Shown piece by piece: positions 1-11,291 of a DNA stretch of 64,000 nucleotides. The stretch comes from Balanoglossus misakiensis (taxonomy: Eukaryota > Animalia > Hemichordata). Location of the stretch: contig CM082577.2 in NCBI GenBank assembly GCA_040954595.2, positions 11,441,654-11,505,653 on the forward strand, written 5' to 3'. Numbering within the stretch: the first letter of the stretch is position 1; each line of letters begins with the position of its first letter. The translations under genes and the position numbers were made by a program. Under the pieces are notes generated by a model. It was given only the letters and a program-made list of their open reading frames with translations, made no database searches and had not been told where the DNA came from.

Positions 1-239
1 TACCTACAATAAGTAGTTGTAGAGAGCAGTGCAATTAAAAGAAGCTATTGACATACTTTCAAAATTGAACAAAAAAACACTTCAAGAAGATGACATCAGT
101 GTTCAATACACTGGCAAAAAATATAATACATGTACTTATGAAGTATTAACAGTTACAATGCACAAAAATACCTACAATAAGTAGTTGTAGAGAGCAGTGC
201 AATTAAAAGAAACTATTGACATACTTTCAAAATTGAAAA

Positions 240-1217
240 ACAAGTTACCTATCGGTCAAAAGAGCTCTGCTGACTTAAACAGTGAAACCTATAGCTGGGC
301 AATGATATGAATACCCTAGGTTTTAATCATAACAATTGTATTCTATTAAACAAAACCAAACATAGACATCACAAGTATTTAATATCCACATTCAGCTTGA
401 TTCATTGTGCTAAAGAAAGAAAAAATAAAGAACAACATCAAAAGAAAGCACCAAGGTTCTAATTTGCATATTCATGACCCCATCAAAATTCCAATTAACA
501 AAATCAGGTAGAGGCGCACCATAACTCACATTCCTACCAAATTTCAGCTCCATCGTACATGTATTTAGGGAGAAGATTTTTTACCAAAAATTCTATTTTT
601 AGATCTAATTTGCATATTTATGACCCCATCATATCCAAATTAACAAAATCAGGTAGGGGCACCATAACACACATTCCTACTAAATTTCAGCTCCATCGTA
701 CATGTAGTTAGGGAGAAGAAGATTTTTGACCAAAAATTCTATTTTTAGATCTAATTTGCATATTTATGACCCCATCAAATCCAAATTAACAAAATCAGGT
801 AGGGACACTATAACACACATTCCTACCAAATTTCAGCTCCATCGTACATATAGTTAGGGAGAAGAAGATTTTTTACCAAAAATCTATTTTTAGATCTAAT
901 TTGCATATTTATGACCCGATCATATCCAAATTTACAAAATCAGGTAGGGACACCATAACACACATTCCTACCAAATTTCAGCTCCATTGTACATGTAGTT
1001 ATGGAGAAGAAGATATTTACCAAAACTTCTGTTTTTAGATCTAATTTGCATATTCATGACCCTATCAAATCCAAATTAACAAAATCAGTTAAGGGCACCA
1101 TAACACACATTCCACCCAAATTTCAGCTAAATATGCCATGTCGTTTTAAAGAAGAAGATTGAAATACCAAAAGTTGACGGACGCCGGACGGACACTTATC
1201 AGCCTACTGCTACAGCT
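240..1217. mobile_element. Non-autonomous Helentron/pearl-like element with ~146-bp internal tandem array
   Basis: About 5 copies of a ~146-bp unit (ctaatttgcatatt..atgaccc..., starting near 460, 605, 750, 896, 1040), then gacggacgccggacggac near 1176-1193. It interrupts the second copy of a ~168-bp host repeat in an A-run: the uninterrupted copy is aaaattgaacaaaaaaacacttcaagaagatgacatcagtgtt (61-103); the interrupted copy resumes at ~1218. Family assignment is inference. Confidence 0.6.
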
Positions 1218-1343
1218 AAAAAAACAATTCAAGAAGATGACATCAGTGTTATTTTACATTTTCAATTGTTCGATTTTACTGGTGTACCCCACACCTGGGT
1301 CAGAATACTGGCTGGCTTCCTTGATATAAATAATTGCCAAGAG

Positions 1344-2567
1344 CTATGTACTGTCAAGTGATTTGGTGTGGATGGCCATATGCCTTTTTAGGTTCCCAGA
1401 CTGGGAGAAACATTTACCACACGTTTTGCATTCATAAGGCTTTTCATTGGTATGATTTCGCTGATGGACTTTTAGATGTGACCGCGAGGAAAAACATTTA
1501 CCACATGTTTTGCATTCATATGGTCTATCGTGGGTATGGACTCTCATGTGTGTTTTTAAGGTCGAACTGTGGGGAAAACATTTACCACATGTTTTGCATT
1601 CATATGGCTTTTCATTGGTATGGACTCTCATGTGTGTTGTTAAATTCCCCCTGTGGGAGAAACATTTGCCACATACTTTGCATTCATGTGGCTTTTCATT
1701 GGTATGGATTGCCATGTGTGTTGTTAAGGTCCCATTCTGGGAGAAACATTTTCCACATACTTTGCATTCATGAGGCTTTTCATTGGTATGAATTCTCATG
1801 TGTATTGTTAGGGAGCCTTTCCTGGTGAAACATTTTCCACATACTGTGCATTCATGAGGCTTTTCATTGGTATGGACTCTCATGTGATTTGTTAAAATCC
1901 CACTCTGGGAGAAACATTTTCCACATACTTTGCATTCATGAGGCTTTTCATTGGTATGGACTCTCATGTGTGTTGTTAAATCCCCCCTGTGGGAGAAACA
2001 TTTGCCACATACTTTGCATTCATGTGGCTTTTCATTGGTATGGACTCTCATGTGGTTTGTTAAAGTCCCACTCTGGGAGAAACATTTACCACATGTTTTG
2101 CATTCATATGGCTTTTCATTAGTATGGACTCTCATGTGTGTTGTTAAATCCCCCCTGTGGGAGAAACATTTGCCACATACTTTGCATTCATGTGGCTTTT
2201 CATTGGTATGGACTGCCATGTGTGTTGTTAAGGTCCCATTCTGGGAGAAACATTTACCACATACTTTGCATTCATGAGGCTTTTCATTGGTATGGACTCT
2301 CATGTGTATTGTTAGGGAGCCTTTCCTGGTGAAACATTTTCCACATACTGTGCATTCATATGGCTGTTCATTGATATGGATTCTCATGTGATTTGTTAAA
2401 GTCCCACTCTGGGAGAAACATTTACCACATACTTTGCATTCATGAGGCTTTTCATTGGTATGGATTCTCATGTGTGTTGTTAGGGAGTCTTTCCAGGTAA
2501 AACATTTTCCGCATACTGTGCATTCATATGGCCGTTCATTGGTGTGCCTTCGTTGATGGATTTCCAT
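1344..2567 (-). CDS. Tandem C2H2 zinc-finger protein (14 fingers, TNEKP linkers)
   Basis: 14 CxxC-x12-HxxxH units with 84-bp periodicity. First in-frame ATG at 2567 (the ORF track start at 2591 is TTG). In-frame stops lie upstream, and there is a candidate acceptor ttttcctttag at ~2722. Confidence 0.9.
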   Translation of the reverse strand: MEIHQRRHTNERPYECTVCGKCFTWKDSLTTHMRIHTNEKPHECKVCGKCFSQSGTLTNHMRIHINEQPYECTVCGKCFTRKGSLTIHMRVHTNEKPHECKVCGKCFSQNGTLTTHMAVHTNEKPHECKVCGKCFSHRGDLTTHMRVHTNEKPYECKTCGKCFSQSGTLTNHMRVHTNEKPHECKVCGKCFSHRGDLTTHMRVHTNEKPHECKVCGKCFSQSGILTNHMRVHTNEKPHECTVCGKCFTRKGSLTIHMRIHTNEKPHECKVCGKCFSQNGTLTTHMAIHTNEKPHECKVCGKCFSHRGNLTTHMRVHTNEKPYECKTCGKCFPHSSTLKTHMRVHTHDRPYECKTCGKCFSSRSHLKVHQRNHTNEKPYECKTCGKCFSQSGNLKRHMAIHTKSLDST

Positions 2568-3169
2568 TTGTGAGCTCTCCGTGCCTGACAATCTGCCTGT
2601 CTAGTCAGATACATTTGTAGTAATTGCCTCCATGAAATAGATATCTTCAAATGCTTCACTAGTACGCCGTGCCGTCTTCGATCATAAGTATCCTTGTTTG
2701 CAAATCAGATCAACTGAGCTGCTAAAGGAAAATGAAAGTCATAACGATATACAGTCCAGTGTGATTTCATACAAATAAATTCATAGAGGTGACTAGAATA
2801 AGTCTTACTTCAGTGTGAATGCAGCAGTTTTGATGAGACATGGACAAAACAGAACTTACACTTATTAGAGTGTTTGGGATGAAACAAACAGCAGATACAC
2901 CGATAGACTGTAAGATATACAGCCGGTTTGTTTTAGGGCGCTCCATACCTCCACCCTGGAGCACCCTTAAGCAAAACAACTATACCTTACAGTCCAAGAC
3001 ACCGGATGAAGTCGATAGATCACCAGACCAGTGGTAGTAAAACTAATTAATTAATTAATTAATTAAACCAGCACAGTGGGTAATCTGTAATAAACAACCA
3101 GGAGGAAGTCAAAGGCAGGGAAGCCATTACAACCACTGTTGAATCCAAAACTGACTTTGCTACAACACT

Positions 3170-3861
3170 AGCTGTGGTAATGCAGCTGTACCGTTTTTTG
3201 TTTTTCTGTTTTTTTTTGTTTTTTGTTTTTTGGGAGGGGGGGGGGGGTGCTGATTACCCCCACGGACAGCTGCGGCCCAACTCCTATTTTAATTGTGCAG
3301 TTGCAACGACCCCACTTGGGTTGCGACATTTGAACGGCAACAGAAAGCAAAGTGAGCGTGAACTCTGATTATTTCTGGTCCCAAAACTGCTTTCGTGAAA
3401 AAAAAATCACTGGTCTGTTTACGTATTTTCATCCGATTTTCTTCAGAGTACTACCTGAGTATACACGGATTAACACTCCTGCAGCGAACTTTGACCCTGA
3501 GTGTCCCTCACTCACTTCCATTGAGCGAGATCCTTTTTAGCATATTAATGGCAGTCACTTCCAGCGGGTAGTACTCCTTGGAAATTGCGTAAACAGACCA
3601 GTGATTTTTTTCACAAAAGGAGTTTCGGGACCAGAAATAATCAGAGTTCAGGCTTATATAGGTGGTTTTATTGATTTACTCTCACTTTGTTTTCTGTTGG
3701 TGGTTTTATTGAATTACTCTCACTTTGTTTTCTGTTGCCTGTTCAAATGTCGCTGAAACTACACGTTTAGAATGGGAGTAGGGCCTCAGCTGTTCGTGGG
3801 GGGGGGGGGGGGGGGGATAATCAGCCCCCCCCTCCAACGGTACAGCTGCGTTACCGCAGGT
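3170..3861. mobile_element. MITE-like element with long (~250 bp) imperfect inverted repeats
   Basis: gctgtggtaatgcagctgtaccgtt (3171-) is the reverse complement of aacggtacagctgcgttaccgcagg (~3836-3860). The inner arms tgaactctgattatttctggtccc...tcactggtctgtttacg pair with cgtaaacagaccagtga...gggaccagaaataatcagagttca. Confidence 0.75.
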
Positions 3862-4659
3862 TCTACAACTTGTGTCACGTCTATCCTGAACTATCTTGTT
3901 ATCTGCCCAAATTGTGTGTATTGTACGATAAAACGAACATAAAAACTAACAAGGCAATTGAAATTCCCTGTAGCAGAGAGTCTGAGAGTGACTGTGGCGT
4001 AATGAAAAAGGTATTAAACAAGTGGTTTGACACATCTGCAATGACTGTATGTACCGGGTGCTGTTAGGTTGAGTGTAGATGCAGCGATTGTAATGGGTGC
4101 TGCTGGGTGGACTGGTTGTTGCATAACTGCGACAACCATACAATGTACCTAGCAGCACCCGCTACACTGGTGTCCTGAGAAGTCGACCAGTAAGAGAAGT
4201 CGGCCTGTGGGAGGGAACCGTTGGTACTTTGTGTATACAATGTAACCATGGAGGGGGAACAGGTCGTTTCGGCACCAGAGTTTTAAGTCCCCAGTCATTT
4301 CGGCACTTATCAACGCAGCCCCCAAGCGTAAGTTGTTACTAATAACCCAACAAAAACGCTGCATTTAAAGCTGAAAGTTATACGAATTTTGTATTTCTTC
4401 CTTACGAATACGTTAAACTTAAAGTGTGATGTGCATGTGGAGCAGAACACATGTATATTTTACATAATGAACGATATCAGATGGTTGCCATCGATTGTGT
4501 TTATCGCTGGTATGAATTTGCACTTTCCCAATTCGGTCTGCTTGAGTTTTACTTTGCTAGCGTTACCACTATTACTTTTATAACAGTCTAAGGAAAAATA
4601 CTTACATTTTACTATATGTAACTCAAGGCTGTCAGTAAGTGCCGATCGACTGGGGTCGT

Positions 4660-4915
4660 GAAAAATGGGGGCCGAAGCAACTGGGGCCGAAACGACTTGA
4701 AACCCATGGAGGTACCTCCATGGTATAACACAGTTAGGGTTAGGGTTAGGGTTCAAGTTCAACAACTGGCCGACTTCTCGTACTGGCCGACTTCTCATAC
4801 GCGAGTACTGGCCGACTTCTAATCTGGCCGACTTCTCATATATTCGCTACACTCATTGCAGCTACGTTTGACCATGGAGCTATCACTATGAGCTGTCGTA
4901 GCTCCATGGTTTGAC
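4660..4915. repeat. Short repeat cluster: ctggccgacttct x4, (TTAGGG)3 and two small palindromes
   Basis: ttagggttagggttaggg at ~4734-4751; four ctggccgacttct copies at ~4766-4837; palindromes ccatggaggtacctccatgg (~4703-4722) and ccatggagcta...tagctccatgg (4872-4909). Confidence 0.6.
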
Positions 4916-5219
4916 ACGGCCACTAACCTCAAATATCCTTATTGCCGGTTATCCCCAACAAAGACCGCGGCCACTATCCTACTTCAGAGACAATACACGA
5001 TCCAACCACCAACTCACCAGGCGCAGGAATCACGCTGCCTGATTCAACATGTAAACAAGAAATGTAAAGGTGAAAAAACTACGGAAGCAATGGACGGTCG
5101 GTCAAGATTTTCAACCGACGATTTCGCCCTCAAAAACACGGTCACAGCTCAATAACTAGGGTCGATCGATGTTCGAAACATTAAACTTCATGAGTACTCA
5201 CACAAAATTACAAAAATCT

Positions 5220-5560
5220 TACCGTTAAGTCAGTAAAACGACGTATTTTTCGGAGCCTGTCAACCAGAAAAACACAACACTTCGAATATGGCACATGTAA
5301 GTGTTAGCAGGGTCAAAGGTTATGACCCCAAACCGACGTTTCTTATTGGACGACCACGCGTAAACTTAGCTATGGCGGCGTATTCTTTAAGTACCAGGCG
5401 AGCTTCAATGTTCTGATACCGTTTTAGTTTCTCTGCGACATTTTAAATTTTTTAAAGAATATTGTAACTCGGCGACGTACTTAGCACCACGGTCACGCGT
5501 TAGCACCCACTGGAATGGATGACGTAAGGCCTTCAAAGCGACAGCCAATCAGGAGCTCTT
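5220..5560 (-). promoter_or_regulatory. Candidate promoter / first non-coding exon of the zinc-finger gene
   Basis: CpG-rich relative to its flanks; minus-strand donor (cttac at ~5218-5222); CCAAT boxes (attgg 5345, ccaat 5546); YY1-like atggcggcg (5372); CRE-like tgacgtaa (5520). Link to the ZNF gene is inference. Confidence 0.35.
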
Positions 5561-5727
5561 CCTGTGAGGTCACATAATGAAAACGCGGTGGGTTGTGGGA
5601 TAGCTCGAGGCACTCGGGGAATATACGCCAAGCGTTCATACAACAACTTTAACAAAAATAACAATTAACAAATTTTAATGGCGCCAAAATCCAGAAGTTC
5701 TGTTCAGTTGCGCCCAATGGTTGTTTT

Positions 5728-6039
5728 GTCTGGTCCCCTGCCCCAATCCCACCGCTGGCTGCGCTACACTAAAGGGAAAGGGGTCAGGTATGGATGCCTC
5801 CAATGTCCGTACGCCAGTCAAGATTCATCAAGGCAGTTTATTTTGTTTCGTTTGTTGTAAAGTTGGAAATCGAATGATAAACATTCATGGAGGTGAAGGA
5901 CGGGAAATGAATATCTTACAACAACTTATCAACTTAATGTTCATGACCAATGAGAGCCATGTTTATAATAGGCCGTGCCTGACCTTTTCCCTTTAGCGTA
6001 GCGCAGCAAGCGGTGGGATTGGGCAGGGAACCAGACTAG
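5728..6039. mobile_element. MITE with ~60-bp terminal inverted repeats
   Basis: gtctggtcccctgccccaatcccaccgctggctgcgctacactaaagggaaaggggtcagg pairs with cctgaccttttccctttagcgtagcgcagcaagcggtgggattgggcagggaaccagac. Confidence 0.75.
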
Positions 6040-6989
6040 GAAAGTGAGTGACTTCAGAGGGGTATGGGGTTTTATTGGGCCAGTGGCATGAGGCTAAACG
6101 TTAGTTTTGGAAGCAAAGTATGGGTGCCATGTGTTAACTTATTATTTAGCTATATTATTTGTTCAAAAGTCGTTATTTAGCATACTTATATGTATGTAAT
6201 TATAGATTTGCAAACCATTTAAGTCCTGACAATTTATTTATAAATAATTTCAAGTTGATTCAATTATATACATAAAATGTATTTTATGCTCTTTTATTTA
6301 TATATAATAAATTATTTATAAACAATGTCAGTGTCAGTCTATTATATATATATCATGAGTGATTTACATAATTATCGGTCAGCGAGTACTTGGTATAACA
6401 AGAGGAAGGCCTCTTCTTTTACCGAGTAAGAACTGACCGATGTTTACTTAATCCACTAAATCTGTGGATGGGGCACACAGATTAAGTCGTTAGCAGGTGC
6501 TTAATGGGAAATGCAATAGCTTTTATTCTGGATTAGCAACTAATAAGACAGGTGGAGGTAACACAGAAAAATAAACAAGCACAAAGACTGTTCATCAAGT
6601 AATGTTTATTGGGGGAAAATGCAGAAACTCCGCCATTTATTACTTTCATGTTTGCAGCCCCCTGTGGTTTTACAGTATAGAAGATGCTGATTCATTCTCA
6701 CATTCTCGATCCCACACTCCAAATTGCAATGAATGTGAGAAATTTCCATTCTTTAAAAATTCCTTTATGTCACTGCCTTTATGTCAAGCCCCCCCGTCAG
6801 CGATACCAACCCACCAGGGCTACAATTATTACAGCTAGACCACACACTAGCCAAATTCACATTATAAACAATGAATAATTGACTGTGTAACTGTCGCCCG
6901 GCACATTGTAGTTTCTGTCCTTGTACATGTATTACACATCTTGCCATTGGATGATTTGTGAAGTGTGTTAATTAAAGAACGTTTATCAG

Positions 6990-8223
6990 TCAATCAGCGT
7001 TCACGTCATACGTAGCAACATCTGTTCCATGGTAACGAAGTAGGGGTATCGGTGGCATACAGAAGACGTTTCCTACACTTAGGAGCTGGTCTGCGTGATA
7101 GGGGCTTACCCCAGTTGTTGTACTCAAACGAGGTTGGTACTGGAGAGTCAGGTGAGGGGCCCAGCTGACCCCCTTCGAAATATCGCGAGCACAATCTTGA
7201 GAATTTGTTGGGCATGCAACACGATCTTCACTGAGTAGCGTGTCTAGCCTGTCAATTAGCCGGTGTGTCTGGGATGACATCATCGCCAGGGCTGCTTCAC
7301 CGCTCCCTTCTATAATAGCTGCCTGGAAGCGAAATAAATAATAAAACATACATTATATTTAATATATGCGTCGGGTACTGCCAAGTCAGAACTTACCGGT
7401 TGCAATCTAATTTGCATGTTCTGGAAATTATTAAAAGTCTTGAGAAATTTTGTTGAACAATGGTCACTGTTATTGAGTTTCAAGTCACACCGCAGCTACA
7501 GATTTTCCTCCTCTGAAATTCCAAGTATAAGGTGCCATCAACTGCAATGAAGACAATGAAATCACTTACTGGTTTCTCGCTGCTTGTTTTCTTTCTCTTC
7601 GTCGTTTTATTATGGTTACCACCACCACCACCACCACCACCACAACCACCAGCACCATTGACTGCAGATTTACGCTTTCCGCCGACTGCTTTGTTACTCT
7701 GTTTAAAAAATTAAACAAATGTTTGTGTGAGTGAGCAATGTCTTGTGTAGCAATTTACGGCATTTTACCCATCGTCCGCTAGCACGTGGCCAGTTTACAG
7801 ACATCTTATACCAGTATGTGGCTAATATCACTAAATACACATCAGGCAAGTAAATTTAACCAGCTTTGACCCCACTTTTATATGTCCTCCCCAGATACAT
7901 TGTAGCATTTTCAAAGTTAAACGACTACAATGATGTAGATATATAGTGCCTACCTTGTCTGGGATATTTGGTGGGCGAGGGCTGGCTTCACTCGTCAGAT
8001 GCGGGTCTCTGTTCTTTTCGTCTTCCGCCAGCCTCACTTCCAATGTCTTTGCCCGACGCCGCGATGACAGTGACTGATAATAGCTCCCACGTCCTGGACC
8101 CACACTCCAGCCATCTCACCCTAACCGTTTCCCCCGGAGCCAAGTGTCCTTCTCGAATCTTTTGTGATGTTGCCACAATCGTTTTATGATCAATGTCAAA
8201 TCTGACCAGTGCATATGCTGGTA
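6990..8223 (-). pseudogene. Decayed multi-exon nuclear-protein gene (possibly transposon accessory or BEN-family-like N-terminus)
   Basis: GT-AG exons 8223-7954 (..AYALVRFDIDHKT..VRVRW..VIAAS, then a frameshift into ..LEVRLAEDEK..PDK), 7698-7570 (SNKAVGGKRKS..GGGG..TKRKKTSSEKP, NLS-like), 7420-7397 (NMQIRLQP) and 7322-~6990 (AAIIEGSGEAAL..). Internal junctions are all phase 0. Family is a guess. Confidence 0.45.
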
Positions 8224-10424
8224 CTAGAACATAACATAATGCACAGGTGGTACAAGACAAAGGAAAGAGTAATTTGATGTAACCCATCTCTGTTTAGTAA
8301 GTTTTTATTATTACATGACTTGGAGTGCTCGTACATGAACTTTACCCTGCCTACTCAACCACACACAATGAACGTGTGTCTGCTTAGGGGCAACATCAAA
8401 AGTTCAATATAATAAATCTAACTTAATTGATCTTGCATTCCCTGAAAGTGTTGCTCAGGTGTCATAAGTCTTGCATCCAGAGTAGCTAATGTAGTTTCTA
8501 ACTGGCTTTCTACATGCTAAAATTCCAGGGATGATTTCTGAAAAATAAAAATAAAATATTGTTTAACAGGCAAAATTATTGCGACAGGAAACACTTCTCC
8601 TTGTGTTATCTGATGATGGAGGAAGGTGCTTGTTTAATCCTGTCGTGAATATGCAGCTTGTCTTGGAATTAGCAAATCAGAACATTACCAAGTCATAATC
8701 TACGCCTGTTTGAGTAATTTTGTAATCAAAAACTTATGTCCTGTCTTTTTTGCATACACTGGCAAGAAAGAGAGAAAATATAACCACTGTTGTCCCCATT
8801 TTTTGTTTTCAGTGAGATATAATTTACAGTGAAAATTAAGTTTTCCACAATAAATAACTTTTAAGATGAGTTACATGGAAAGATCCTGATAGAGTTGCTA
8901 GATGTGGTAGTAAATGTCACACATGTTATGTAGAGTTGCCACAAAACGCTAGTCTTCTACAAACATGGACAGACCATGTGCCTGTGGGTCTGATGCTTCT
9001 CGGTGGAGGTTCATGATAACACTTGGAGAAATCTGCATTACAGCGAACTGCCTTTCCTTGTTTTGGCTTCAGTGTCTGATTCTCCATGGTCTCTTGAAAG
9101 TGAGATAAAGACAAACAAAATAAACATTATGGACGTGACTCATTCATGAACTGTTATTTCTATGGCATAAATATCATACTTTTGATCCAACCTATAGCCT
9201 AATATCTCTCGCCCTTGGCCTCTAACGACCGCTGAGATAAAAAAAACTTTCCCCTGATTACGTCATACCCACTGAGTATATATACCACCTGTCCAGCCGT
9301 GAATAGTCAGTATTGCTCAGCTCGAGAATAACTGCTCAGACCGAAATTATATGCTGCCCACGCACTGAGGACCCCATCCAAAATTTATAACGACATAAAA
9401 AATGGAATTACACAGTTACAGGTCAAGTGTGGGGAGGCGGGTGGGTATGTGGTTGGATCAAAGGTGTATTTATTTACAGAAAAGAAAAAAAATAGTTTTT
9501 GTTAGTTTAGATGACAACTTTGAATTTTTGCATATTGTGTACAATTACTTTAAGTAAGGTGTGGTATATTTTCGGGGTTGATGAAGGTTCCCGATATTAC
9601 AGATTCAAATTTTTCGAATGTTGATTGGCTTACCTAAACTTTGTGTAATTACAAATAAAGCTAATAATTCTACCTGTATTGCCTTCAGTCCACTAGTCCT
9701 AACTGGAGAGTTCTCATAATATCACAAGATATGGGTCCAAGGTGTTGTTAATTTTTGTAATGTAGGAAACATCTGTTGCTGTCTAAATCCGTAGAAACAC
9801 ATCTGTTTACAACACCCTGTGATCTGTACATAGCCACTTTTGTGTGAACAGTGTTCAACAGTTTGATCCCATCTTTTTTGTTCTTCTTATTTCAATATGA
9901 ATTTTATGATTTTGTCAGTGTTTGCTTTTGAAGTGCAAATTTATGTAGACAGTATTTTGGATGAGATTTATTCTCATATACCGGTTCATTAAGTTCCACT
10001 ATTTGACAACTCTTTCAGTAATTTTGATCAGTGAATGAAGCATTACTTCATGTGTACATAATCAGCATTGTTATTGTAAAAATTTGTATTCAAGTCTGGA
10101 ATTAAATGCATTTGCCAATAATAACAATTTTCTGTTCCAAAAGTTACAGGTTTTTGCTCTTTAATTGTAAATCTTATATGTAGAACAGTGTAACACCAAA
10201 GAAGTTTTAAGATACTGAGAAAACTTTATTCATTCAGAGATGAACCATTATTTTTTGTTATTTTTACCTTAATCTTTCAATACAAAATTTTGCTTGATGT
10301 TGTAAAAATTTCAATATTTTCTTTCCCTAAATTTACAAATTTGTAGGCCAGATTATCATCTTCCTTTGAAAGTTAGTTTTTTTCAAGAGGCATGAATTTA
10401 AAGTACATTTTTTTTTATTTATTT

Positions 10425-10531
10425 AAACGATAAATCCACTGAAGTTTCGCCGATGTGTTCCGCCATGTTTGAGCAAACATGGCGGACAAAGTTTGAAAAC
10501 ATCGGCGAAACTTCAGTGGATTTATCATTTT
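10425..10531. repeat. ~105-bp palindrome/hairpin (likely MITE core)
   Basis: gataaatccactgaagtttcgccgatgt ... acatcggcgaaacttcagtggatttatc, with an inner tccgccatgtttg/caaacatggcgga stem. Confidence 0.7.
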
Positions 10532-11291
10532 TAGTGGAAGCAGGACAATTTTGGGGGAAATTTGGGCGTCGGAGGTGTTTTTTTTTTTGGGGGGGGGATG
10601 CACCCGTTCGGTTTTCAAATGTTATCGGAGGTAAGAGTTAAACCCCGTAACTGAGCTAACGACCGAAAGTTGATTGGAAAATTACACACAAGGCCTTGTA
10701 GCGGTTATGCACCTAGCAGCACCCGCTACAATCGTTGCAGCTAGTGTTACAGGTGATGGTCATAGAAGTCTACAAATCTTCCAAATGTTTACTGAGTAGT
10801 TTGCCCTTTTCAGCTGTCTTCGTTGGCACTACCTCCTTTCGGGTGGCATCAACCTGCAGCATTAATGGTTGCCTTCAAATACTTGTACGTTTTTTTTAGA
10901 AACGACCTAATTACCTTTCTTTGCCTTCGTGTATATTGTACACGACTATGCACAAGCATACATCATTTGCATTTGAATATAGCGACTATTTATAGATATA
11001 CTGGAGCAAAGACGGTAAACAGCGACAAAGAAATCCTTTTTCCGGGTTCAAAGTTTCATGCGATTCTATTGTGGTTTATGTAAAAATCGACCTGTACATT
11101 TTGAGCTCACACTCTTGTTTAATTCATGTAGGAATGGGGTCAGTGAATGTTCCACGACCTCCTCCACCTTTCCCAGGCCTTTGAAGTATTTTTTGTTTCC
11201 TGTTGGTGTCGAAGGTGTACTTGCAGTCTGTACATTTAGTTCTCGCATTTCCTATACATACATCACACCTGTGTAGAAATCCTGAGCTGTC

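Noticed and set aside
1334-2332. Plus-strand Cys/His-rich ORFs
   Set aside because: Antisense shadows of the zinc-finger array.
4734-4840. Telomere or CRISPR-like array
   Set aside because: Only three TTAGGG units; the short repeats have irregular, very short spacers, the context is eukaryotic and there are no cas genes.
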